A stretch of 64,000 nt of DNA from Myxococcota bacterium (GTDB lineage Bacteria > Myxococcota_A > SURF-8), in assembly GCA_965140415.1 (NCBI GenBank), contig OZ223209.1:3584001-3648000 (forward strand). Direction: 5' to 3'. Under the pieces are notes generated by a model. The model saw only the letters and a list, made by a program, of their open reading frames with translations, did no database searches and was not told the DNA's origin. The position numbers and the translations under genes are program-made. Positions 30,522-40,397 of this stretch are shown piece by piece; positions within the stretch are counted from its first letter, which is position 1, and every line of letters begins with the position of its first letter.

Positions 30522-32285
30522 CTAGTCAAATGCAATGTAGTAGATGAATATCCCGCGATGATAGGCAGTTGGGTCCGTGATTTTGTGAACGGCAAGCACC
30601 AGCACACGTGCATCGGATTGCACGATCTGATTCGCCGAGCTGTTCGCTTCCAGTTGAAACAAGCTGTAGATGGTAAAAACTCCGAAGATGGAACGCTTAT
30701 GAACCAGTTGACTCTGCTCTACCTGGATGTTCACATCCTCTTGAATATCCTTGTTTTCTTCCGACTTCTTAAGCAACCGCTCCAAAGCTTGGTCGGCAAC
30801 CTGTTGTAAACGGGGCTCTCGCTTGAACAAGGGCTTACCCTGCTTGTGACGCATGCCATTTAAATAATCGAAAATCGCTGTCGACAAGGCTTCTCCCTGG
30901 CGCGCATCCACAACCGTTGCCACATTGCAACTCACCGAATAATAACGAGTTCCGAACTCATTTTCACGCCAGGCCACACCACAACCAAGGTGCGTCAAAG
31001 CCGGATTGGTGAAAAAGGCTTTCAAACTGGGGCTTTGTTCGAAATGATCCAACACGGTTCGAATCGAATAGGCACCATCCACCAACGCCCCGGCTTGTAA
31101 GATGTCAAGACCGACTTGCTGCAAACGATATTCCACGGGACGCCCCTGGCGGTCATAGATGGAGCTGTAGTGGTGCTCCAACATGTCTTCCGCATGTACT
31201 CGCGCCACACGCTGCATTTTATCGAAATCCTGCAACATCAACACACTCGCCCGCGCACGGGCATCGTTGATACCATTAAGCAGTAATCGCTCACATTGTT
31301 CGGGGGTTTCACATTCCACGGGCTTGCGAAGCTCTTTAAATTCCTGTGGTATCGGAACTTTGTGATAAAGCGGAAAACTAAGCAGCACCCGGCTTCCCCG
31401 TTCGGATTCACTAACGATTTCCAGATTGTATACAGCCGGTGCCGAAGGAACCTGCACTTCGAACAGGAATTTTCCTTGCTTGGTTTCAATTGGAGTTTGA
31501 AAAATGTGATCTCCCATGAAATCGAGATAAAAGCCCAAGCGACAATTCGGCTGAAGACAACTTCCCTTTACCAGAAACCGGTTTTCCATAGGAACAATCT
31601 TGGGAATCGTCTCCAGATCCAGTTCCCGTTCAAGCAGTAACACCGTCACGTAGTCGACCGGCTTGTGGTCATCATCGCCATGCAAGCGATAGATTCCCAA
31701 AGCTGCCATCCGTTGAGAATTGGAGGGCTGCAACTGAGCGAACCAATTCGCGAGGTACTCGCCAAATTCAGAATCCGCCTGTTCGGATTCCGAGGGCATC
31801 CCATAATGCAGATACCGCACCCCAATCTCACCGACACCTGCTCGTTGTAGAGCGAACTGCACCATGCGGTCAGATGGAGTCTGTTGGTGCATCGCAGTGT
31901 GTTGACTCAAACAACGAGCTGCCACCAATAAACGAAAATCGAAGGCGGGCGCAATTGAACCGCTTTTTTGGGCGATGGCGATGAATTGCGCATAAAGGCG
32001 ACTCTCCTCTGGAGAAGGATCAATCGTAAAACTCAATCGATTGTAACTGGTGCTTGCAGGAACATCACAACGACACGAAACGGGAGTTGCCGGAGATGGC
32101 TTGTCGAGAGGAGAGGACTGCTCTTCCTGTTGGGCTGAAACCTCTTTCGAATCCGAAGTGTTGGTCTTTTCCGATGTCGTCTCCATTTTGGAAACGGTAT
32201 GCGCACAACCGGAAATCCCCAGCAGCAACACAGCAACAGCAAGCAGTGCGCCTCCGGATCGACAGCATCTTTGCAGATCAGGCAT
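30522..32285 (-). CDS. CAP (SCP-like) domain lipoprotein
   Basis: Probable ATG at 32285 overlaps the kinase stop; lipobox ISGC; INDARA...VARVHAEDM...THLGCGVA; a second degenerate CAP-like segment LNGMRHKQG. Confidence 0.7.
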   Translation of the reverse strand: MPDLQRCCRSGGALLAVAVLLLGISGCAHTVSKMETTSEKTNTSDSKEVSAQQEEQSSPLDKPSPATPVSCRCDVPASTSYNRLSFTIDPSPEESRLYAQFIAIAQKSGSIAPAFDFRLLVAARCLSQHTAMHQQTPSDRMVQFALQRAGVGEIGVRYLHYGMPSESEQADSEFGEYLANWFAQLQPSNSQRMAALGIYRLHGDDDHKPVDYVTVLLLERELDLETIPKIVPMENRFLVKGSCLQPNCRLGFYLDFMGDHIFQTPIETKQGKFLFEVQVPSAPAVYNLEIVSESERGSRVLLSFPLYHKVPIPQEFKELRKPVECETPEQCERLLLNGINDARARASVLMLQDFDKMQRVARVHAEDMLEHHYSSIYDRQGRPVEYRLQQVGLDILQAGALVDGAYSIRTVLDHFEQSPSLKAFFTNPALTHLGCGVAWRENEFGTRYYSVSCNVATVVDARQGEALSTAIFDYLNGMRHKQGKPLFKREPRLQQVADQALERLLKKSEENKDIQEDVNIQVEQSQLVHKRSIFGVFTIYSLFQLEANSSANQIVQSDARVLVLAVHKITDPTAYHRGIFIYYIAFD

Positions 32286-34521
32286 TGAACGGTAAACGAA
32301 TCGTGAACTTCGTTCCCACACCCTCTCGGCTATCCACCAGGATAATGCCACCGTAGCGCTGTACAATTTTGTAACTGATCGAAAGACCAAGTCCCGTTCC
32401 TTTCCCTTGCTCCTTGGTGGAGAAAAACGGGTCGAAAATGGACTTGAGATTCTGGGGTGAAATACCGGTTCCGTTGTCTTCCACCTCGACCTGAATGTAT
32501 TCCTGATTCCCAAACATGGAAGTATGAATGGTGATACGCTTTTGAAAATCATCACCACGCTGCGTAGCCGCATCGTCCAGCGCATCAATGGCATTACTTA
32601 ACAGGTTGATGAAAACCTGCTCTGTTTCCACCACGTTCACCTTGATTCCGGGCAGGTTGTGAGAGAAGTGCTTGTCTACCTGTACATCCTTCATCTTGCG
32701 GCTATGACCCACCATTGCCAATGCGCCTTCGAGCACCGTGTGAATGTTCGTGGTTATGGCATCGGTAACCTTGGTCGAACGCGAATAACGAGACAACTCC
32801 TTGACGATCTCGGCCACGCGATTGACATATTGCTGGATCTGATCCGCAGACTCCCGGCTCTCCTCTTCCTGAGAACGCAGACTCATAATTTGAGCCATTC
32901 CGGCAATTGCATTTAACGGATTGTTGATTTCATGGGCAATACCCGACATCAATGTACCCAGCCCGGCCATCTTCTCTGCCTGTATCAATTGCCGTTCCAG
33001 GGCCTTGCGTTCCGTAATGTCATCAATTACGATCAGCAGGCGATCGCGTTTGCCGAGAAGGTGTAACACATTGATTAACAAGACCTTTTCGCCTTGTCCC
33101 TCAATAACCTTACGCATTTCCAGATCCAACATCGGCTGCTTGGTTCGCAAGCTCTTCTGCAATCGGTCGCAAAATTCCCCGGAAAATATCTCCGTGACAT
33201 GCCGCCCGGTAATATTCACTAGGCGACTTGAAAATACGGAGTAAAAACTTAAGTTTACCAGCAACACATTCATGTCACGATTCAACACGATCAGAGCGGA
33301 TGGGATTGAATCAATCAGATCCTTGATTGTGCGAGTAACAAAGTTCAACTCAACCGTTCGAGCCTCAACCATGCGTTCCAGATCACGAGTCATCTGCACT
33401 TTCAATCCGGCAGCGATTTCTCGTTTTTTCAAGTGCTGCCACAATTGACCGATCAGCACGAAAAGGATCAATAACATCAATAAAACCAACAGGAAGACAC
33501 GAACGGCCAAATTCAACGATGCCAATAGCGTTTTTTGCGGTTGCGATAGAATCAAAACAACTGGAACTTCAGGTAAAAAACCAACAATTCCAACAGCCAG
33601 TCGTTCTTCGCCTTCTTGCCCGGGACGCTGGTGATAAAAGAAACGACCGAAAACGGTGGAAACCTGCTGTTGGATACGATTATAGAAAGCACTCAAACTG
33701 GAAGATCCAAGACCGAAAGTTTTAACATCCATCCCCGAAACAACCGGATTGACATCGTAGGCAATCGTTCCATTTTGATCGATGGCTGTAAGCTGAATTG
33801 TTTTATTGACATGATTGGCACTCAAGCGGTCAGCCAACCAATTGCGCCCCACTCGAAGCACCAGCATATCCGATGAGCAATTCCCCGATCGCGATTTACT
33901 TTCCTGATCCGCTTCGTGATTACCGGAACCCGATGGGCTTGCATCGAGTTCATCAGACGCACCGGACGTTTTTGAATTCGTAACCGCCAGTTCACACTGC
34001 CAATCCATCCGCAATCCAACGCTAAAGAATCCCGTCGAACCTTCCTCGGAAAGAATCACCCATCCGTTTCGATTGTCCTCAGACATCAACTTCGACCAGA
34101 GTTCTTTAAGTTTTTGCGATTCCGGGTGATTCGCAACACTTTCTATGAACGGCAGTTCGGGCATGCTGATTTCAGCAACGATTTTGCGTCCCTGCTCGAC
34201 CTGAAGAATGGAAAGCAAACTGTCTTCTTCCATGGCCTGAAACAGTTTGGCCAAGCGCCCTTGAGTTTTCAACTTGTCGTCAAGTGAAAAACGAACGTGC
34301 GACGTTTCCGCCCTTTTTATAAGACATTCAACATCATGTAGCAGTTGTTCGTTTAGGTAAATAAGATGCTGGGCTTGGAAGGAATAAAACGACTCTTCGA
34401 TGTGCTGTTTTACTTTTGAAAGTACCCAATTGGCGAACAGAACCCCAACCAGAACAAGAATGACCCCTCCTGAAACGAGCGCCCATGAGCTGTACCGCTT
34501 GTCCTGTCTTGATCTGATCAT
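32278..34521 (-). CDS. Membrane sensor histidine kinase with a periplasmic (Cache-like) domain and PAS, NtrB-type core
   Basis: Two TM helices; QAEKMAGLG, AHEINNPL, QVFINLLSNA, DNGTGI, FDPFFSTK, GTGLGL. Confidence 0.92.
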   Translation of the reverse strand: MIRSRQDKRYSSWALVSGGVILVLVGVLFANWVLSKVKQHIEESFYSFQAQHLIYLNEQLLHDVECLIKRAETSHVRFSLDDKLKTQGRLAKLFQAMEEDSLLSILQVEQGRKIVAEISMPELPFIESVANHPESQKLKELWSKLMSEDNRNGWVILSEEGSTGFFSVGLRMDWQCELAVTNSKTSGASDELDASPSGSGNHEADQESKSRSGNCSSDMLVLRVGRNWLADRLSANHVNKTIQLTAIDQNGTIAYDVNPVVSGMDVKTFGLGSSSLSAFYNRIQQQVSTVFGRFFYHQRPGQEGEERLAVGIVGFLPEVPVVLILSQPQKTLLASLNLAVRVFLLVLLMLLILFVLIGQLWQHLKKREIAAGLKVQMTRDLERMVEARTVELNFVTRTIKDLIDSIPSALIVLNRDMNVLLVNLSFYSVFSSRLVNITGRHVTEIFSGEFCDRLQKSLRTKQPMLDLEMRKVIEGQGEKVLLINVLHLLGKRDRLLIVIDDITERKALERQLIQAEKMAGLGTLMSGIAHEINNPLNAIAGMAQIMSLRSQEEESRESADQIQQYVNRVAEIVKELSRYSRSTKVTDAITTNIHTVLEGALAMVGHSRKMKDVQVDKHFSHNLPGIKVNVVETEQVFINLLSNAIDALDDAATQRGDDFQKRITIHTSMFGNQEYIQVEVEDNGTGISPQNLKSIFDPFFSTKEQGKGTGLGLSISYKIVQRYGGIILVDSREGVGTKFTIRLPFNA

Positions 34522-34568
34522 GTGTTCAATTCGTAGTTTGAGTGGCTAATGTAGCAGGATAGGCGACT

Positions 34569-35675
34569 TCAGCGGTTGGTTGCTGCATCCCCGCGTGGCA
34601 CCTTCGCAATCATTTTGCGTACCATATCCAAAAAAGGTTCAAGCAACTCCGGATCGTAATAAGTACCCTTTCCTTTCTGGATTTCTTCAATAGCTTCTTC
34701 GATTTCGAAAGCTTCCCGATATGGGCGCGATGTGGTCAAAAAATCGAATGAATCGACGATGCGGATGATTCTTGCCAGAAGGGGTATTTCACTGTGAGAA
34801 AGCCCTTCTGCATAGCCCGAACCATCCCAGTTTTCATGATGATATTTGATCGCAGGAATAACATCTTCAAGAAACTCAACAGGTTCCAGGATATTCACGC
34901 CCCGGATGACATGAGTATGTAGAACTTCCCGTTCTTCACCAGTCAATTTCTCGTTCTTGTTCAAAAGAACGTCGGGTATTCCGATTTTTCCGATATCGTG
35001 AAGAATTGCCGCATTATTGAGCGTGCGTAATTGCTCTTTTTCCAGTCCGATCTGACGTCCCAGGGTACTGGCATACTGTGCAACCCGCTTGGAATGCCCG
35101 ATAAGATGCTGATCGCGTTCTTCCACTACATTTGCCAGTGCAACAACCATATCCAACATGTTGCGCTGCATCGCAACCGTCTTTTCGCTGATCTTGCGTT
35201 CGAGGTTACGCTGGTATTCCAGGTTTTCTCGCTCTAAGCGCGACTTCTCCTCGACCAGTTTACGATGCTCGATCGCTTTCTCCACCGAAATGATCAACTC
35301 ACCCGCATCGATTGGTTTTGTGAGATAGTTTGCTGCACCCTGGCGCATTACGGAGACAGCGGTATTGATATCGATAAATCCGGTCAGCATGATGACCGGA
35401 ACAATGGGCTTATGCTGCCTGATAAAATTCAGAACATCGATTCCACTGATTTTAGGCATACGGATGTCGCAGATACAAACGGTTACATCCTCGTTTTTCA
35501 GGATGTTGATCGCTTCTTCTCCATCAAGACAGGAAACGACCTCGAACCCCTTGTCTTCCAAGTAAATGCGTAAAATCTTCAGATTGATTTCTTCGTCGTC
35601 TACGATAAGAATTCGATACCGATTCGTTTCGCCGCTGCGCGAACCCTCGTTTTGGTCCAATGTATAATCTTGCAT
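34569..35675 (-). CDS. Response regulator with an HD-GYP c-di-GMP phosphodiesterase domain (RpfG-like)
   Basis: REC motifs IVDDE, CDIRMP, KP; HSKRV, HDIGKIG, HHENWDGSGYAEGL, RPYR. The start could also be GTG 35708. Confidence 0.9.
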   Translation of the reverse strand: MQDYTLDQNEGSRSGETNRYRILIVDDEEINLKILRIYLEDKGFEVVSCLDGEEAINILKNEDVTVCICDIRMPKISGIDVLNFIRQHKPIVPVIMLTGFIDINTAVSVMRQGAANYLTKPIDAGELIISVEKAIEHRKLVEEKSRLERENLEYQRNLERKISEKTVAMQRNMLDMVVALANVVEERDQHLIGHSKRVAQYASTLGRQIGLEKEQLRTLNNAAILHDIGKIGIPDVLLNKNEKLTGEEREVLHTHVIRGVNILEPVEFLEDVIPAIKYHHENWDGSGYAEGLSHSEIPLLARIIRIVDSFDFLTTSRPYREAFEIEEAIEEIQKGKGTYYDPELLEPFLDMVRKMIAKVPRGDAATNR

Positions 35676-35773
35676 GTTACCTTGATCCAACCGAATTCTT
35701 GCCACCAATCCCTAACCATAGTAGGTTTACGTGAAATTTATGCAAGCGTCAAGGAATATCAACTTAATAATGG

Positions 35774-35802
35774 TTGCAACAATCCGGCCAGATGATTATT
35801 AT
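35774..35802 (+). promoter_or_regulatory. Sigma70 promoter of rnpB
   Basis: TTGCAA-N17-TATTAT ending 6 nt before the P1 stem. Confidence 0.8.
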
Positions 35803-35808
35803 ATGCGC

Positions 35809-36180
35809 GCCGAGGGGGAGTGGCGACCGCCGGATCGGAAGGTCTGGAGGAAAGTCCGGGCTCCACAGGGCAAGGTGCTGGATAACGTCCAGCGGGGGTG
35901 ACCCCAGGGAAAGTGCCACAGAAAAAACAGCGCCCGGTACATCCGGGTAAGCGTGAAATGGTGCGGCAAGAGCGCACCGAGATGGCGGTGACGTCATCTG
36001 CATGGTAAACCCCACCTGGAGCAAGACCGAATAGGAATGATCGTCCGGTTTACCGGACGTAAGGGTGGCCCGCCCGAGCATTCGGGTACGGTCGCATGAG
36101 GTTGGTCGGTAACGGCCACCCAAGATGAATGGTCGCCCACGCATTAGCGTGAACAAAACCCGGCTTACACCCCCCTCGGC
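35809..36180 (+). ncRNA. rnpB: RNase P RNA, bacterial type A
   Basis: GAGGAAAGTCCGGGCTC, GAAAGTGCCACAGAAA, GGTAAACCCC..GAGCAAG, AACAAAACCCGGCTTA; P1 GCCGAGGGGG/CCCCCTCGGC; P2 GGCGACC/GGTCGCC. Confidence 0.98.
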
Positions 36181-36414
36181 CTTTTTGTTGGATGATGTTT
36201 CCCTTTTCGTTTTTCGATTCGAAATCTGTTTAAAACGAAATGAGATTCACACTGAATCGAGAATGCACCGTCACGAAATTTCAAATGGATTTCAGTTTCA
36301 GTTCGGTTTTTTATCCTCTTGGAAATGCTTGGGTATCGGCGAAATTCCCTTGCACCGCCTACCTGCTCATGGTAGGTTTAAACGACCGTTAACGATGAGA
36401 ATAAAGGTAAGATT

Positions 36415-37404
36415 TTGAAGCTTCAAAACAAGCGAACGGGAAGCAAAACGCTCTCATTCGAGGATAACCGACGCTGCCTGATTCTTTTCGGCCAGCGCAA
36501 CGAAAATCTGAAAGCCGTCGAAAACCAATTGAAGATCGACGTTGCTTCGCGCGGAAACGAGGTCTCCCTGCAAGGTGAAGAGCAGGCCGTACGCATCGCT
36601 GAAAATCTACTGACGCAATTGTACGATCTTCTCGAGCAACAGCAGGAGCTAAGACCGCAAGATGTCATAACGGCAATCGGAACGCTGGAACGTAATCCGT
36701 CTTTGCGGCTATCTACCTTTTTTAAAGGCAACGCCATCAAAACCGGCACAGCCAAAAAATCGATCGTACCGAAAACCCCCGCACAAAAAGTCTATCTCGA
36801 CACAATTGCCACGCACGATCTGGTTTTCTCTATCGGCCCTGCCGGCACGGGAAAAACCTATTTGGCGATGGCCATGGCGGTCAACCATTTACTGCGCAAG
36901 GATTGCAAACGTATCGTATTGACGCGTCCAGCAGTTGAAGCCGGAGAGAGGCTGGGATTTCTGCCCGGTGACATCGCCGAAAAAGTCAATCCATATCTAC
37001 GCCCCCTGTATGACGCGCTGTACGACATGGTCGAGTTGGACCGCGTCCAACAATGGTTTCAACAGGGTGTAGTCGAAGTAGCCCCGCTTGCTTTCATGCG
37101 CGGTAGAACGCTGAACGACAGTTTCATCATCTTGGATGAGGCCCAAAACACCACCCAGGATCAGATGAAAATGTTTTTAACTCGCATGGGCTTCGGCTCC
37201 AAAGCCGTTGTAACCGGCGACATCACCCAAATCGACTTACCGGACAATTCACCATCCGGTCTGATTCATGCCACCCGCATTCTCAATAATATCGAAGGCA
37301 TCGGGATCTGCCGCTTCACAGAAGTAGATGTAGTACGTCATCCACTTGTACAACGGATCGTACTGGCCTACGACGGAAACTGGAAGAGCGGTCATGGCGA
37401 ATAA
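36415..37404 (+). CDS. phoH: PhoH-family ATPase (YbeZ-like)
   Basis: GPAGTGKT, RPAVEAGERLGFLPG, PLAFMRGRTL, DEAQN, DVVRHPLV. Confidence 0.95.
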   Translation: MKLQNKRTGSKTLSFEDNRRCLILFGQRNENLKAVENQLKIDVASRGNEVSLQGEEQAVRIAENLLTQLYDLLEQQQELRPQDVITAIGTLERNPSLRLSTFFKGNAIKTGTAKKSIVPKTPAQKVYLDTIATHDLVFSIGPAGTGKTYLAMAMAVNHLLRKDCKRIVLTRPAVEAGERLGFLPGDIAEKVNPYLRPLYDALYDMVELDRVQQWFQQGVVEVAPLAFMRGRTLNDSFIILDEAQNTTQDQMKMFLTRMGFGSKAVVTGDITQIDLPDNSPSGLIHATRILNNIEGIGICRFTEVDVVRHPLVQRIVLAYDGNWKSGHGE

Positions 37405-40048
37405 ACCGACACAGGAAAACACAACGGGGAGCAAGCGCCCAACCGGCCAGCTTCCCACTTCGAATGCATCGGAAAAGCAGGAGAAAAAGCAACTGAAACT
37501 CGCTTTCTCCTGGAGCATGTTGGATAGAAAACGTTATTATCTGGCGTTACTGTTGATCGTTTCCATTTCGATCGGCATACTTCTTTCGCCAGGATTGCTA
37601 AGCCAATCAAAAACGTACGACAATAGCTGGCTTGGTCAGATCACCACCAAGGATATCCGTTCTCCAGGCGATTACAACATCGTCGACCTTTCTGCTACAG
37701 AAACCAAACGTCAGGAAGCCGAGCGGGCCATCAATCCGATTTACGATCACTACACGACACTCGGCAAAGAGATCCAGCAACGCATTGATCTGGCGTTCGA
37801 TAAAAGCCAGAAAATGCTATATGATTTCATTATCGACAACCTGGTTATCGCAGAAGAGCAGGAAGCGACCTCCAAAAAGCGACATAGCCGAACAAACAAG
37901 AAAAGTAACGCAAAAGATACCGACGTAGACGAAGAAAACGCTCCCGCGCCAGAGCAGATCTACATACAACGAATCGAACGAGTGAAAAAAAATCTCGAAA
38001 TATACGTTGCCAAAATCAGTAAAGACAATTCCCTGAAAAAAGCTTTGACGGACTTATTGGTCGGACAGCACAGCGACTTCAACCGTACCATTCATGCCGT
38101 TATTCCGGAAGAAGACTACTTGTTATTGGCGAACTATTCGTTTGCCGATGATTTGCGTAATTCATTAAAACGTATGGTTGGCGATATCATGTCACGCAAA
38201 ATCATCAATGATAAGGAATTGATGGAGCGTGGCGGATCAGAAGAAATTACATTGCGAGTTCTCGACGACTCGGGTCGCCTCCCAACCGAATATCAATTGC
38301 GCGACAGCGGCAGCATCCTGGACTACAAGGAAATCAATCAATCTTTGTGGCGCTACACCACGATTCTGTCCGATTTGGGGCCACGCCAACGCAACCTGCT
38401 GCTGAAAATAGGTGGTAAACTGGTGCAGCCAACACTGACTTTCAACCGCGACCTGACTCAAAGCCGTCGTTTGGCCGCAAGAGAAGCCGTCAAACCGATG
38501 ATTATCCCGATAAAAAAACGGGAAATCATCATCCGTGACGGAGAACGTTTCGAAAAACGTCATCTGATGATTCTAAAAGGCATCCAAAGAGAAATGGCAT
38601 CGGTCAACCCGATCGAAGTGATGGTCGGATATTCGCTGTTTTTCATGGTTCTGATCAGTACGCTGGCTATTTTTGCCCGTAATAACATCCGAAAATTCAA
38701 TCCACACATGGTCGATTTCTTAATGATGACCCTGCTGATCCTGTTGTTCATCTTGATGGTCAAAGCAGTGGGCATCATTGCAGCAGCCCTGGGACCGGTT
38801 TTACCAAATGTTGACAGCAACATTTTCTTTTTAGGCATACCTGTCGCGGCAGGGGCAGCCATGGTACGCATTGTAACCAATTCGGAAACGGCAACCTATT
38901 TCGCCATTTTAACTTCGATACTGTACAGTTTCTTCTCTGCCAATCCGTTTTTCATGGGTATTTACGCTTTGGTTACGAGCCTTGTCGCGGCCGATTCGGT
39001 GGGTCAATGCAGAACGCGAACGACCCTGTTCTTTGCAGGACTGCGAGTCTCACTGGTGGCCATGCTATTGATTATTTTCATGCATCTGTACAGTGGGCGC
39101 ATCACCAATTTGGAATTTCTGTACGCACTGATAGCCGCTACGGCATCCGGAATCGCGACCGGTCTGGTACTCACCGGCATCACACCTTTAATCGAGTTCC
39201 TCTTCGGATATACAACAGATATCAAACTGTTGGAATTGTCCAACCTGAATCATCCACTATTAAAAAAACTGATCGTTCAGGCTCCAGGCACCTACCATCA
39301 CAGCATTCTGGTCGGATCGCTGGTAGAAGCAGCCGCCGAATCGATCCATGCCAATCCTCTATTGGCACGCGTAGCCGCCTATTACCACGATATCGGCAAG
39401 ATCAAAACCCCGCATTATTTCGCCGAAAATCAACGAGATGGCGACAACCCGCACGACACTCTGAGTCCCAGTATGAGCGTGTTGATTCTTCAATCGCATG
39501 TGAAAGAAGGAGTGGAACTGGCCAGGCAATACAACCTGGGAGCGATAATCACGGACATCATCGAGCAGCATCACGGTACAAATCTGATCCGCTATTTCCA
39601 GCACAAAGCCAGTGAAATGCGCAAAGAAGGTGCAAACGTCAGCGATGATGAGCGCGACTTCCGCTATCCCGGTCCCAAGCCGCAAACGCGCGAGGCGGGG
39701 CTGGTTATGCTGGCCGACGCCACCGAAGCGGCGACACGCAGCCTGGAAAACTCCTCCAAAGAGCGCATTCAAGGCATGGTCCAGAAGATCATCAACATGA
39801 TTTTCCGCGACGGTCAACTCAATGAGTGTGAATTGACCTTGAAAGATCTGCACTTGATCGCCCGCGCCTTTACTCAAATTCTGGTCGGTCTTTATCACAA
39901 CCGGCCTTCCTATCCCGGACAGCAAAAGCCCCAGGAGAAGACCCCGAATGGACGTACAGGTTCTCAACAGACAAAGAAAGCTGAAGATCCACCCTCCGAT
40001 GTGGAAGACGACGACGACAAAGATCTTAGACGTCTTGGGATGCATTGA
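37394..40048 (+). CDS. 7TM-HD (HDIG) phosphohydrolase, PgpH-like c-di-AMP phosphodiesterase family
   Basis: Extracytoplasmic domain plus about seven TM helices; LLELSNLNHPLL, APGTYHHS, YHDIGK, ENQ, HHGT, FRYPGPKPQ, MLAD. Confidence 0.9.
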   Translation: MANKPTQENTTGSKRPTGQLPTSNASEKQEKKQLKLAFSWSMLDRKRYYLALLLIVSISIGILLSPGLLSQSKTYDNSWLGQITTKDIRSPGDYNIVDLSATETKRQEAERAINPIYDHYTTLGKEIQQRIDLAFDKSQKMLYDFIIDNLVIAEEQEATSKKRHSRTNKKSNAKDTDVDEENAPAPEQIYIQRIERVKKNLEIYVAKISKDNSLKKALTDLLVGQHSDFNRTIHAVIPEEDYLLLANYSFADDLRNSLKRMVGDIMSRKIINDKELMERGGSEEITLRVLDDSGRLPTEYQLRDSGSILDYKEINQSLWRYTTILSDLGPRQRNLLLKIGGKLVQPTLTFNRDLTQSRRLAAREAVKPMIIPIKKREIIIRDGERFEKRHLMILKGIQREMASVNPIEVMVGYSLFFMVLISTLAIFARNNIRKFNPHMVDFLMMTLLILLFILMVKAVGIIAAALGPVLPNVDSNIFFLGIPVAAGAAMVRIVTNSETATYFAILTSILYSFFSANPFFMGIYALVTSLVAADSVGQCRTRTTLFFAGLRVSLVAMLLIIFMHLYSGRITNLEFLYALIAATASGIATGLVLTGITPLIEFLFGYTTDIKLLELSNLNHPLLKKLIVQAPGTYHHSILVGSLVEAAAESIHANPLLARVAAYYHDIGKIKTPHYFAENQRDGDNPHDTLSPSMSVLILQSHVKEGVELARQYNLGAIITDIIEQHHGTNLIRYFQHKASEMRKEGANVSDDERDFRYPGPKPQTREAGLVMLADATEAATRSLENSSKERIQGMVQKIINMIFRDGQLNECELTLKDLHLIARAFTQILVGLYHNRPSYPGQQKPQEKTPNGRTGSQQTKKAEDPPSDVEDDDDKDLRRLGMH

Positions 40049-40397
40049 CGAGGAAATCTGCATAGTCTTCGTTTCAGATCGCAAAATGCGGGAATTGAAT
40101 CGTCAGTTTCGCAATATCGATAAAACAACCGATGTACTCTCCTTTCCAGCGCGCGAAACGGATGCCCCAAACCCGGAAGAACAGTTTCTGGGGGATGTCG
40201 TAGTTTCCATCGAAGCCGCCCAACGCCAGGCAGAAGAATATGGGGAAAGCCTGGATGAGGAAATCACCCGCCTGCTAACCCATGGTGTATTACATTGCCT
40301 GGGCTACGATCACCAAACGAAGACCGATGAAAAACGGATGATGACCAAACAAAACGCGGTTTTGAAAAAACTTGCCAAAGGAGAGCCCAAGTCATGA
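39948..40397 (+). CDS. ybeY: rRNA maturation endoribonuclease YbeY
   Basis: LNRQFR..DKTTDVLSFP, LGDVVVS, HGVLHCLGYDH. Confidence 0.95.
   Translation: MDVQVLNRQRKLKIHPPMWKTTTTKILDVLGCIDEEICIVFVSDRKMRELNRQFRNIDKTTDVLSFPARETDAPNPEEQFLGDVVVSIEAAQRQAEEYGESLDEEITRLLTHGVLHCLGYDHQTKTDEKRMMTKQNAVLKKLAKGEPKS

Noticed and set aside
32286-32594. Upstream extension of the CAP lipoprotein ORF
   Set aside because: It overlaps the kinase ATPase domain; the signal peptide follows ATG 32285.
35759-36156. Minus-strand ORFs of 72 and 130 aa
   Set aside because: They are antisense to the RNase P RNA and spurious.
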